From a virus (taxonomy: Duplodnaviria; Caudoviricetes), in the IMG/VR virus record IMGVR_UViG_3300042507_005553, positions 1 to 53,703 of that record: a stretch of 53,703 bases of DNA; one strand, written 5' to 3'. The position numbers and the translations under genes were made by a program. The notes beneath the pieces are model-generated. The model was not told the DNA's origin, searched no databases, and saw nothing but the letters and a program-made list of their open reading frames with translations. Positions 27,210-36,296 of this stretch are shown here, in pieces (position 1 is the stretch's first letter; the number at the start of each line of letters is the position of its first letter).

Positions 27210-28013
27210 CTAATTACAAAATTCTTCGGCCACTGCCCAAAGTTTTTCATTTAAAATCATATCTTGCTTAAAGTTTTTAATTTTACGAGCTTTTCTAATT
27301 TTAGTACCTGTAGTATAATTAAACATACCATGTACTAATTTTTCTTGGACTACATTTAATATACTCCATAAATTATTTCCTTTATCTTCAGGACGAGTTG
27401 GAGTTAATAAATCTTCCCAATCAATTTCAACATTTTCAATTTCTTCTTCTGTAAAACGACAACCTACAGCAAGCTTAGCAAATTCTACTGCTTGTTTTGG
27501 TTTAAGTTCAATTGTTTTAAATTTATTCATAGATTCAACAGTTAAAGGTAATTTTTCTACAATAGATTTAATTGTTTCTTGTAATACTTCTAAATTATAT
27601 CCATAATGACGGATTTTTAAATTTTCAAATTCCTGACTACATACTACTAGTCCATTTTCACAAATCATCCTAAACATCCCAGCAGTAAAAGTAAATGCAT
27701 TTTTTCCATCATGAGAATTTGTTAATAAAATTTGAGGATATATAACATCTCCATCATCACCCGTAACCATAATATCTTCATTTCTGAAAACTATTAGGTG
27801 TTTTTGGAATCCTACTTGTTTACGAGCCTTAACTTCTTTAGCATCTATAACACCCCATCCTAAAGTTTCCATATCTTGGATAACTCTATCTGTTGGTATA
27901 TGAATATATTTTTCAGATGTATCATTCGATCCCTTTTTAGTAAAAATCGAAGGTGCTAATTGTCTTAATTCTTTTTGAGTCTTAAATTGACTATCTTTGT
28001 TAATGTTTAACAT
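27210..28013 (-). CDS. DUF932-family protein
   Basis: QLAPSIF, YIHIPT, LTNSHDGK, GMFRMICENGL, NLWSILNVVQEKL. Confidence 0.82.
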   Translation of the reverse strand: MLNINKDSQFKTQKELRQLAPSIFTKKGSNDTSEKYIHIPTDRVIQDMETLGWGVIDAKEVKARKQVGFQKHLIVFRNEDIMVTGDDGDVIYPQILLTNSHDGKNAFTFTAGMFRMICENGLVVCSQEFENLKIRHYGYNLEVLQETIKSIVEKLPLTVESMNKFKTIELKPKQAVEFAKLAVGCRFTEEEIENVEIDWEDLLTPTRPEDKGNNLWSILNVVQEKLVHGMFNYTTGTKIRKARKIKNFKQDMILNEKLWAVAEEFCN

Positions 28014-28048
28014 ATTTTTTATTATTTTTGTTTTTTAATTTTTCCTAT

Positions 28049-28085
28049 GTAATAAATATAATATAGGTTTCCTGGGTAGCCAAAT
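28049..28085 (-). promoter_or_regulatory. promoter variant without GTCA boxes
   Basis: TTTGGCTACCCAGGAAACCTATATTATATTTATTA. Confidence 0.5.
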
Positions 28086-28089
28086 TTTC

Positions 28090-28329
28090 CTACAAGTACT
28101 CTTCTATATCATAGTAAGATACATCTTCATAACACATAATATCAACTATATTAGGATCCATCTTATATTTCTCCATTAATTCGTTAAACTCTTCTTCGCT
28201 GTGAGTGGGAATATCCCATTCATCACCATTTTTCATTTTTTTAACAATTCTTACTATATCATAGTATTCAATGGTTCCTAGTCTTCTAGCTCCTAGATAT
28301 TCAGCTTGAGTTTTAAATGTAAATTTCAT
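28090..28329 (-). CDS. hypothetical protein
   Basis: 79 aa ORF downstream of array 2. Confidence 0.6.
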   Translation of the reverse strand: MKFTFKTQAEYLGARRLGTIEYYDIVRIVKKMKNGDEWDIPTHSEEEFNELMEKYKMDPNIVDIMCYEDVSYYDIEEYL

Positions 28330-28367
28330 ATTATTTTATTTAAATTTTTCAAATTTATTTTATCCAA

Positions 28368-28461
28368 CCCACAAAAATAAAACAAAAAGGTTCAGTTCTT
28401 CGTAGGTAGTTTAGTGGTTAATTTCCGCACTGCATATAACAAGGTGTATAAGAAAGTTTGC
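28368..28461. repeat. ~95 bp direct repeat of 4378-4471
   Basis: cccacaaaaataaaacaaaaaggttcag...gcactgcatataacaaggtgtataagaaagtttgc identical in both arrays. Confidence 0.9.
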
Positions 28462-28532
28462 TATCAGCAGTAGTGGTTAATTTGAAAGTTCATCAAAGCA
28501 AACCTTCTCATACACCCAAACGTTAGCAAACA

Positions 28533-28730
28533 TTACCTTTTGACCTCGTTCAAATAACGTTTATAGGCATTGCTAATCTGTTCCTCTTTCATTCCTGAGT
28601 ACCATATTACAAAGTCAAAAGGTAACGACCTTTCAGTTTTGCTAACATCAGATAAACGCAATTTTAATTTTTCGTTCTCGTCTGTTAGTCGCCTTATTTT
28701 GTCTTGTAAAAAATTGTCAAATCCTTCCAT
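28533..28730 (-). CDS. cassette-junction fusion protein
   Basis: starts in loop of site 28643-28775; KLRLSDVSK spans arm and GTTAGC box. Confidence 0.6.
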   Translation of the reverse strand: MEGFDNFLQDKIRRLTDENEKLKLRLSDVSKTERSLPFDFVIWYSGMKEEQISNAYKRYLNEVKR

Positions 28731-28784
28731 ATATTTGTTATTAAAAATTAAAACTTCGCTTATCTGTGTCCGTTATACACAATA

Positions 28785-29177
28785 CTAAAGACCATCTATC
28801 GCTTCGACTTTTATTGTTCCTAAAGTGCCACTTGGTAACGATGATGAAGAATAAACATTATTCCAATTATTATCTATTGCAAGTTGATGTAAAATAGTTC
28901 TGTAAATTTGATATGTATTTCCAATAAATTCAGAACCATTATACCCTTTACTTCCATTGTCAGGTAAATCAGGTAATAATATTCTTTTCACTTGTTTTAA
29001 AAGACCTTCAACTTCATCACGCCTTTTCATTTGTTCATCAAACGGTAAACCACGCAACATTTGTTCAATGGTATATCTCATTTCCGATTGACCTCCAGCA
29101 AATCTTGAAACATCTTCAAGACAAAAAGAAACTAATCTCATTTGTTCCTCTGATAATTCTATTTTATATTTTCTCAT
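28785..29177 (-). CDS. hypothetical cassette protein
   Basis: probable start MRKYKIELSEEQ. Confidence 0.65.
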   Translation of the reverse strand: MRKYKIELSEEQMRLVSFCLEDVSRFAGGQSEMRYTIEQMLRGLPFDEQMKRRDEVEGLLKQVKRILLPDLPDNGSKGYNGSEFIGNTYQIYRTILHQLAIDNNWNNVYSSSSLPSGTLGTIKVEAIDGL

Positions 29178-29377
29178 ATTCCAATTTTTAAATTTGTGGT
29201 TAGGCGTACAACACATATACCCAACCGTTATAAAACATTAAAACGATTTTATAACAAAGAATATAAGAAATAGGGGTGTGGAATGTCATACCACTAAGCA
29301 ATCGCTATCAACCTTCTAGCTTACACGAAACCATCTATTTACACTACTTCTTATATTCTCAACCGTTAGGTGCAATG

Positions 29378-29566
29378 CTATGACTGCAACTCCTTACGCA
29401 AATCTTCTTCTATTAATTTGAATGTTCTCATTTTAATATCACACTTCATTGCATTTTCATAATTACCAGCTTCTTTGTATTCATCAACACTTTTTTGAAG
29501 CATTTCAACTCTACCAACTATTCGGCAAAGCATATTTTCCATTCGTTCTCTTAATGTTTGTTTCAT
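29378..29566 (-). CDS. hypothetical cassette protein
   Basis: probable start MKQTLRERM; fills cassette 29365-29601. Confidence 0.6.
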   Translation of the reverse strand: MKQTLRERMENMLCRIVGRVEMLQKSVDEYKEAGNYENAMKCDIKMRTFKLIEEDLRKELQS

Positions 29567-29701
29567 CTTTATTTTAGTTTGTGAGAAGCACTGCACCTAA
29601 CAGCACATAGGCAATAGTTGCCAGAAACTTCTCGGTTAATAATTTAATTTATCGTAGGCAACCGTCGCCTATCTGCAAAACGTTATAAGCAATAAAAATT
29701 A

Positions 29702-29938
29702 CTACTGCTCACGTTCAAGTTTCTCGTTAATCGCTTCGGCAATAAACTTTCCTACCTTGTCTTGAAATTCGGTTGCCTTATCCATGTCTAATTTAAACAA
29801 GTTTTGCAGTTCTCCCCATCCTCTTACATCAGCAACATGATGTAAATAGTCGGCATCCTTAGTTTTTTCGATAGCCCATATTTGAGTGCCTTCGCTATCA
29901 TATTGCACTCCGCTTTTAAACCATTCTTTTATTGTCAT
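29702..29938 (-). CDS. hypothetical cassette protein
   Basis: fills cassette 29682-29963. Confidence 0.65.
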   Translation of the reverse strand: MTIKEWFKSGVQYDSEGTQIWAIEKTKDADYLHHVADVRGWGELQNLFKLDMDKATEFQDKVGKFIAEAINEKLEREQ

Positions 29939-30046
29939 GTCCGTAATTTTTACAGCTTATAACAGCGTATATACAAGATACGCCTACAAGCATTTGTTTA
30001 TAATTTAAAGTTTATCGTTTGGCGTACCTCGTATATACGCAAAACG

Positions 30047-30448
30047 TTATAACCAATTAGACAAACGACACCCCATTTGAAGTAATATATGTTTTTTATC
30101 TTTTTCTGAAATTTCTGTTTCCTCTATTATTTCTGTTAATGAAAGTTCGAGTATAAGTTTAATGTTTGCTATTTCAAACTTATGTTCAGTTTTAGAGAAA
30201 ACAGAAAAATCATCTGTTAATAAATCTCTACAAACAACTTGATGCTCATTAACATCTATTACTTCAAAACAATTACGTCTGTTCGTTGTAATTTTATTTC
30301 CCTTTTCAAATATATTTTCCATAACTAACTGGTTATAACAAAGTGTATAAGCAATATAATCCAAAAATGGACTACTATCTTCTGCATAATCAAACTGCTT
30401 TGCATATTCAGTAGCCATCTTTTCTATTTGTTCTTTTGTTATGTCCAT
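30047..30448 (-). CDS. cassette-junction fusion protein
   Basis: IAYTLCYNQL crosses the site at 30336; stop in TAAC box. Confidence 0.55.
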   Translation of the reverse strand: MDITKEQIEKMATEYAKQFDYAEDSSPFLDYIAYTLCYNQLVMENIFEKGNKITTNRRNCFEVIDVNEHQVVCRDLLTDDFSVFSKTEHKFEIANIKLILELSLTEIIEETEISEKDKKHILLQMGCRLSNWL

Positions 30449-30504
30449 TTTTTTATTTTTAGTTTGGTATTAATTCGCCACAACGACAACAAAGCCGCAG
30501 GACG

Positions 30505-30568
30505 TTATACGTCAATATACGAACATCGTTTTGCTTTGCCAACCTTTTTATATGACGCAGTTGTGACA
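30505..30568 (-). promoter_or_regulatory. phage early promoter repeat fused to array 2
   Basis: ends GACGTATAAC, overlapping the first array box. Confidence 0.8.
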
Positions 30569-30570
30569 TT

Positions 30571-30678
30571 TTAAATATTACCTTGTAATATTGCGACTAT
30601 CCATAATATAGCGATTAAACCACCAATTATTGATATTACTAATAACGAACCTACGATAATTTTTAATGTATTTTTCAT
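30571..30678 (-). CDS. small membrane peptide (35 aa)
   Basis: MKNTLKIIVGSLLVISIIGGLIAILWIVAILQGNI between two promoters. Confidence 0.5.
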   Translation of the reverse strand: MKNTLKIIVGSLLVISIIGGLIAILWIVAILQGNI

Positions 30679-30694
30679 AACCTTTATTTCTTTA

Positions 30695-30769
30695 TTATAC
30701 GTCAATATACGAACCCTGTTCCGATTCGCCAAACTTTTCATATGACGCAGTTATGACGCTGTTGTAACG
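30695..30769 (-). promoter_or_regulatory. phage early promoter repeat (extra upstream box)
   Basis: matches consensus with a third degenerate CGT(T/C)A box. Confidence 0.78.
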
Positions 30770-30776
30770 CTTTATA

Positions 30777-31085
30777 CTAACGTTTAGATGATATAATATT
30801 AATAGCTTTTATAATACTATCACATCCTTCATAATCTTCAAATTTTTCAAGGATTTTTAAATTTACTTGAAGAGTATTTAACATATTTTTTCTATCTAGG
30901 GTAATATCATATATTTCTCCATTATCATTTATTTCAATTTCTAATATAGGAATAAAACGTTTTTTAGTATTAAGATTCTCTAGTATTTTATTAACTATTG
31001 ATTTTGATATATCATAATTTTGACATTTCATCATCTCTTCCCATTCATCTAAATTGTTAATTTTTATTTTATAAACATTACTCAT
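30777..31085 (-). CDS. hypothetical protein (C-terminal UVR-like EDYEGC)
   Basis: resembles 32540-32851. Confidence 0.6.
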   Translation of the reverse strand: MSNVYKIKINNLDEWEEMMKCQNYDISKSIVNKILENLNTKKRFIPILEIEINDNGEIYDITLDRKNMLNTLQVNLKILEKFEDYEGCDSIIKAINIISSKR

Positions 31086-31249
31086 TTAAAATAAATTTAA
31101 GAAGTTAGAATTAATTTGTTTCTCTTTTAATTTTTGATTTATTTCATCTTGTTTTAAAAGTTGAGTTGCAATTTTTTCTAGATGTTTTCGTTTTTGAGTA
31201 GAATAATCAGAGACTATTTTATCATGTTTTTTATGTTTAGCCATTTTCT

Positions 31250-31903
31250 TTATATTTTAGAAATAAATTCAGATCCATCATTTGGTTTATCATCTATTAA
31301 TCCTAATTCTTTTAGTTTTTGTAGATTATATTCATCCAATTCTAATTCAACATGTTCTGAGGTTTTAAAGGTTACATCTAAATTATCTTCTAATGCTGAG
31401 AGATCTTTTGTATTAAATAAATCAGTTACGTATAGGAAATAACAATTATAACATAATAATTCTAGATTGCTTACTCCAAAATTTCTTTTATTTTTATCTT
31501 TAAAATGTAATACTAATGGAATTTTATAATCCACTACTCTATATTCATGAAATCCACATCTATAACATTCATCTTTTAAAATACCATCATTAATTAATCT
31601 AGTCTTTATTCTTTTAGCAGTATAATGAGAAGGATCTATTCTTCCTTCCATTAAATCTACCATAGCTATTTCTTGTTTTGAGTGGGGGTGTTTATTAGGA
31701 TCAGTAACAAATTTTCTAATACCTTTACCTGCAGGGTTAGAATGTATATCTAGAAGAGATTTACCCTCTTCATTTTTATATAATAATGCAAATTTTCTAT
31801 AATGTTGATATGATACTCCTAGATATCGGGCAGCTGCTCGATTTGATTTAGTATGCCTCATTGCTCGTAAGCAATCTTCTTTAGTTATATGTTTTACTCT
31901 CAT
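31250..31903 (-). CDS. HTH plus degenerate HNH/Zn-finger protein
   Basis: SNRAAARYLGVSY HTH; CYRCG...LVLHFKD...NLELLCYNC. Confidence 0.65.
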   Translation of the reverse strand: MRVKHITKEDCLRAMRHTKSNRAAARYLGVSYQHYRKFALLYKNEEGKSLLDIHSNPAGKGIRKFVTDPNKHPHSKQEIAMVDLMEGRIDPSHYTAKRIKTRLINDGILKDECYRCGFHEYRVVDYKIPLVLHFKDKNKRNFGVSNLELLCYNCYFLYVTDLFNTKDLSALEDNLDVTFKTSEHVELELDEYNLQKLKELGLIDDKPNDGSEFISKI

Positions 31904-32385
31904 TATTCTTCCTCTTCATCTTCATCATCTTCATCAACCTCTTCCAACCCAATAACTTCCAGATCATCTACTTTAATAGTATTATTTATAATTTCCTGAA
32001 TTAAGCCCCAAAATTTTTCAGTTGTGGAGATATCTATTTCATTACCATTTTTTGAATTGTATAATTTAGCATATTCCTCTTCCCCACCAAATATATTTTT
32101 TCTCTCATAAACATACCATAATATTAAATCAGACAATCTTGAGTTTTTAAAATATAACATAACAAAAGCATCAATTATTTCATATAAACTTTCATCATAA
32201 CCTTGGAGATCAATTTGATATAGTTCATAGATGTATTGTTGTTTCTCCCAAGACGCGATCCACGATTCTAAAATACCACAAAATGTTTCTTTATCACTGT
32301 CTATGGTGTGTTCTTCTAAAGTGATTTGGGCCCCAATAATTTGTTGGAGTAATTCTTGAATGTTTTTCTTTGGATCCATTATCAT
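31903..32385 (-). CDS. hypothetical protein, acidic tail
   Basis: 160 aa ORF. Confidence 0.65.
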   Translation of the reverse strand: MIMDPKKNIQELLQQIIGAQITLEEHTIDSDKETFCGILESWIASWEKQQYIYELYQIDLQGYDESLYEIIDAFVMLYFKNSRLSDLILWYVYERKNIFGGEEEYAKLYNSKNGNEIDISTTEKFWGLIQEIINNTIKVDDLEVIGLEEVDEDDEDEEEE

Positions 32386-32576
32386 ATTTTAATTACAGAA
32401 TATAATGATTTAAAAGTATCCACACTTAAATTCTTCATTTGAGCAAATAACTTAACAGCATTTTCTTTACTTGTACTTCTAATTTTATAAATAATTTCTA
32501 TTACAGCACCGTTTTTTGAAAAAAATCCGTATTCTTCGTTCATATCTTTTTTATTAATTGAGTTAAATAAATACAT
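32382..32576 (-). CDS. hypothetical protein
   Basis: probable start MNEEYGF. Confidence 0.55.
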   Translation of the reverse strand: MYLFNSINKKDMNEEYGFFSKNGAVIEIIYKIRSTSKENAVKLFAQMKNLSVDTFKSLYSVIKI

Positions 32577-32851
32577 TTATCATAATTTTCCTCTTTCTCA
32601 TATTTTTTCAAAACATTATTAATAGCTGGCTCAAATTGATCTCTATTAATGGTGATTTTAAACTTATGATTGGATATATTAATTATATGTGCTTCGGTTT
32701 TGTTAGTTTCAATAGCTTCTTCTATTGCTTCTAAGGTTTCACTTAATATAAAATCTGAAAATACATCTGAAGTACACAGTTCATTCAAATCAATTTCATT
32801 ATTATAATTAATAACTAACTCCTTTGGTTTTCTTACTTTTACCTCTCCCAT
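32540..32851 (-). CDS. hypothetical protein (C-terminal EENYDKC)
   Basis: 103 aa ORF, ATATTTATA motif upstream. Confidence 0.6.
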   Translation of the reverse strand: MGEVKVRKPKELVINYNNEIDLNELCTSDVFSDFILSETLEAIEEAIETNKTEAHIINISNHKFKITINRDQFEPAINNVLKKYEKEENYDKCIYLTQLIKKI

Positions 32852-32863
32852 AATATTGGTTTA

Positions 32864-33622
32864 TTATAAATATTTAAGATTAGTATTTGGGTTATGTTTT
32901 ATATAATTCCCCCATTTATATTTAGCATATTCGTGACCTTGAATTTCAGCTTGTCTTCTTTTTTCTCCATTAACTGAAACTGAAGCAAAATGGTAAAAAT
33001 GACAATTATATGTTCTAAGCATTTTAAGACCTGAGAGTTGGCATTTTAAAAAGAAATCCCAGTCTGCTACTAGTCCAAATTCATAATTTTCATCCCATCC
33101 CCCTACTCTTAAGTAATCTATTTTAGACATGAATATAGGGAGTGTAGAACCACTTTCATCAGGAAAAAGTCCACGTAATGGTTCCTCATATTTCCAATAA
33201 TTTTCTAAACTAAATGTTTTAGGATCACGTCCACAATCCCTAATATGGAATTGCTTAAATATACTAGGTGTAGGTTCAATTTGATTTGGAGAAATGACTG
33301 AGTTAGGTTCATATACCTCTAAAAGAGAAATATCATAATTTATAGAAGCTACATTGTCATCATTTACTATTAAAATCAGCTCATTAGAGGCATTATAAAC
33401 GCCCAAATTAGTAGCTCGACATAGACCTACATTCTCGTCTAAATTTAGAATTTCAATTGATTTAGCATATTTTTCCAATACGTTTTTATTAATATCATAA
33501 TAACCATCTACTACTACAATAATTTCATTTTTATTTTGTTGTCCTTCAATGCATGATTTAAGACATAAATCAAGATATTCTGGGGATTTATATGTTGGGA
33601 TAATTACAGATGTTTTTTCCAT
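32864..33622 (-). CDS. glycosyltransferase family 2
   Basis: SVIIPTY, IIVVVDG, NLGVYNA, IVNDD, GGWDE, DWDF. Confidence 0.9.
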   Translation of the reverse strand: MEKTSVIIPTYKSPEYLDLCLKSCIEGQQNKNEIIVVVDGYYDINKNVLEKYAKSIEILNLDENVGLCRATNLGVYNASNELILIVNDDNVASINYDISLLEVYEPNSVISPNQIEPTPSIFKQFHIRDCGRDPKTFSLENYWKYEEPLRGLFPDESGSTLPIFMSKIDYLRVGGWDENYEFGLVADWDFFLKCQLSGLKMLRTYNCHFYHFASVSVNGEKRRQAEIQGHEYAKYKWGNYIKHNPNTNLKYL

Positions 33623-34326
33623 TCTTCAACTAGATTTTCTTGTTTTATTTTATATAAAGGGGCCAACCACATTGTTTCTCCATGAGTGCTAAATGTATTT
33701 AAAGGACATAATAATGCATTTCCTTTATCTCTTAATTCAAGAAACATTCTAAAATCATCAGGATGAGTTCCATTTGTCCATTTTCTTAATATTTCCTCAT
33801 CTTCTTTTAATGTTTTTACTTTAGCAGCAAAAGTCATAGTTGTACTATTAAACATTCCAAATAACTGTGTTTCTCCTCTATATATTCTAGTTAAATACCC
33901 ACCATCATTACCTACTTCAGGATTCCCCCCACTTGTAGATGGGATGAATTTATCAGGATGAAGATATAAAGTTACATATGGAGCTCCTAATTTAAACCCT
34001 TCTTCTAGTATTTGGGGAGAGCCTTTTAAATGGATATAATCATTTTCTACAAAATAAACTATTTCATCATTATCCCATTTTAAAGCCATATCTAGGGCTA
34101 AATTAAATGTTCCTGCTCCATGACCCACTGATACTGAGGATATTTTGTTAGGATGAATATATTTAGTAATCATTTGTAGTGTTTCTTTACTACAATTATC
34201 TGCTATTATTTCAAGATTTTGATTACCAAATACTGAAATAAAGTTTTTTAAACAATTTTCATTAGTAATGTAATCTGGTTTTACTTTATTATAACCAGCA
34301 TCTGATATTCTATATACTATTTTCAT
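33604..34326 (-). CDS. GT-A fold glycosyltransferase-like protein
   Basis: IIADNC, VYFVENDYIH, STTMTF. Confidence 0.65.
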   Translation of the reverse strand: MKIVYRISDAGYNKVKPDYITNENCLKNFISVFGNQNLEIIADNCSKETLQMITKYIHPNKISSVSVGHGAGTFNLALDMALKWDNDEIVYFVENDYIHLKGSPQILEEGFKLGAPYVTLYLHPDKFIPSTSGGNPEVGNDGGYLTRIYRGETQLFGMFNSTTMTFAAKVKTLKEDEEILRKWTNGTHPDDFRMFLELRDKGNALLCPLNTFSTHGETMWLAPLYKIKQENLVEEWKKHL

Positions 34327-34877
34327 TTAATTCTTTCTATAATTAATAATCCATTATTATTTAAGAATTTTTCTTTAATTTGCCATTCATTATTATTTTC
34401 TAAAAATTCATCAATAGCATAATTAATTCCTTTATAACCTCCAGTTTCACCATGTTTTCCCCAAGAAACAATATCATGAAATCCTATATATTTTCTAACT
34501 TTTGGAGAATGTAATTTTAATTCATCTCTTACTTGTTCATATACATGCCATGTATCTAAAAATAAAAAGTCAGTTTCTTCAATTTCTATTTCTAAAACAT
34601 TAGCTTTAATAAATTTAAAATCTAACCCATATGATTCAGCTGTTTCATATACATTATTAATATTTCCTCCCCAATTTGATGGATCTTCTAAATCATAACT
34701 TATTAATTTTTTAGGAGCCGCAGCTAAAAAAGCCCATGTTGAACATATTCCTCTAACACCCATTTCGGTTATATGCTCACATTCTTGTCCATATTTAATT
34801 AATGTTGGGATATGCTCATTTATATCTGAGGGAGTTTGGTAAAGTTGATTTACTAATTGTTCTAAATTATATTTCAT
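34323..34877 (-). CDS. class I SAM-dependent methyltransferase-like (Methyltransf_24 type)
   Basis: EMGVRGICS, FLFLDTWHVYEQV, GFHD. Confidence 0.75.
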   Translation of the reverse strand: MKYNLEQLVNQLYQTPSDINEHIPTLIKYGQECEHITEMGVRGICSTWAFLAAAPKKLISYDLEDPSNWGGNINNVYETAESYGLDFKFIKANVLEIEIEETDFLFLDTWHVYEQVRDELKLHSPKVRKYIGFHDIVSWGKHGETGGYKGINYAIDEFLENNNEWQIKEKFLNNNGLLIIERIK

Positions 34878-35668
34878 ATTTTTATTATTTGTTGATTACT
34901 ATGTTGAAAATGGCAAATTCCTTCTACCATTATATTTTTATGACTGCAATCGTGGATATTATTATTTTTAATAACTTGAAGTAAATATAAATACTTTTCT
35001 TCAGGTATCAAATGGTATTTTGTAAGATTATTTCTTTCTGTACATTCTTTTAGTAATGTTTCACAACTTCTAAATCCATATTCCCATGCTTTTCCATTAT
35101 ATCCTGGTATAGTTTGGACTTTGTTATAAATTTCATTTACATGTTCTTTATCATTTAAATAATCTGTTTTAAAGACATTTATAAAGTAAAAATTGGTTTG
35201 CGGATAAAAATCTTCATTTATAATTCGATTAAAATCAAAATTATATTTAACCATTCCTCCATATCCAATTCCATTTAAATAATAAAAATTAGCTTCTTCA
35301 ATTTCTTTATTTAATATTTCTTCTTGTAATATAATATCAGTAGCTGATTTGCATAACCATTCAATACCGTTTTCTTTACAGTAATCAAAAATAGCATCAT
35401 CTAAATCCGCTGTTCCAAAATTATGACCTCGATTTATTTTTGAATCTATAATAACACAATTAGGAAAATATGTTTTCCACATTTGAGTATTTTCTTCTAT
35501 AAATTCAGGGTAATTTTTATAATTAGTAGCGATTACTATTTTTTGAAATTCTTTTAAAACTGGTAAGTTATAAAGAATATATTGTTCTAAAAGATCTAAA
35601 TCATTTTGAGATGAAATATATCCTACAACTCCATAAACTGATTTATTAATAAGTTGTTTTAAATTCAT
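34874..35668 (-). CDS. hypothetical protein in glycosylation cluster
   Basis: 264 aa ORF; NRGHNFGTADLD. Confidence 0.6.
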   Translation of the reverse strand: MNLKQLINKSVYGVVGYISSQNDLDLLEQYILYNLPVLKEFQKIVIATNYKNYPEFIEENTQMWKTYFPNCVIIDSKINRGHNFGTADLDDAIFDYCKENGIEWLCKSATDIILQEEILNKEIEEANFYYLNGIGYGGMVKYNFDFNRIINEDFYPQTNFYFINVFKTDYLNDKEHVNEIYNKVQTIPGYNGKAWEYGFRSCETLLKECTERNNLTKYHLIPEEKYLYLLQVIKNNNIHDCSHKNIMVEGICHFQHSNQQIIKI

Positions 35669-36296
35669 CCCAAGTAATTAAGTTTAATAATTGCTTTTTA
35701 TTTGTAGCAAAATATTCCCATTCCCAAATGTTTGCTTGTAAAGTGCAGGTTTTTTCTCCTACTTTAATTACTCCAACTCCAAAATCTGTATCTATAACAC
35801 TACATTCCATATTTAGATAACGTGATTTAAAATCAACAAATGCTTTCCAGGTATCTCCATTCCACGCTATTGTTTCTCTAGGAATTAATTGTGCGTCGTA
35901 GCTTACTGGATTACAATCATGTAATACAATAAATCCACCATCAACAACATGATTTAAAGCATTTTCAATATCTTTTGCTACTTGATCAGCATGATGTAAT
36001 CCATCAATGAATATGATATCATATTTTATTTCATCATGACCTTTAATTAAATCAAAAAATGCATCTGAAGTCATTGGGTAATTTACTTCTGGGGGTGTGT
36101 ATCCTTCTACTCCTGGGTCTACTCCATCTTTGTGAGAGGCTTTAATTTCTCTAATATTTTCTCCTTTAAATACTCCTATTTCAAGATAATTAATTAATTT
36201 ATATTTTTCAATTAAATAATTAATGATGTCATATCGTTTAATGGTACTGTTTAAGTTACGTTGAACTTCAGATTCATCTAAATTGTTTTTATACAT
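35646..36296 (-). CDS. class I SAM-dependent methyltransferase (Methyltransf_24 type)
   Basis: YLEIGVFKG, YDIIFIDGLH, GGFIVLHDC, WNGDTWK. Confidence 0.85.
   Translation of the reverse strand: MYKNNLDESEVQRNLNSTIKRYDIINYLIEKYKLINYLEIGVFKGENIREIKASHKDGVDPGVEGYTPPEVNYPMTSDAFFDLIKGHDEIKYDIIFIDGLHHADQVAKDIENALNHVVDGGFIVLHDCNPVSYDAQLIPRETIAWNGDTWKAFVDFKSRYLNMECSVIDTDFGVGVIKVGEKTCTLQANIWEWEYFATNKKQLLNLITWDEFKTTY

Larger units (their letters stand above)
28437..30507. mobile_element. integron-like cassette array 2
   Basis: hairpin sites 28437-28525, 28643-28775, collapsed 29209-29230, 29252-29368, 29598-29685, 29960-30049, hybrid 30336-30507. Confidence 0.8.
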
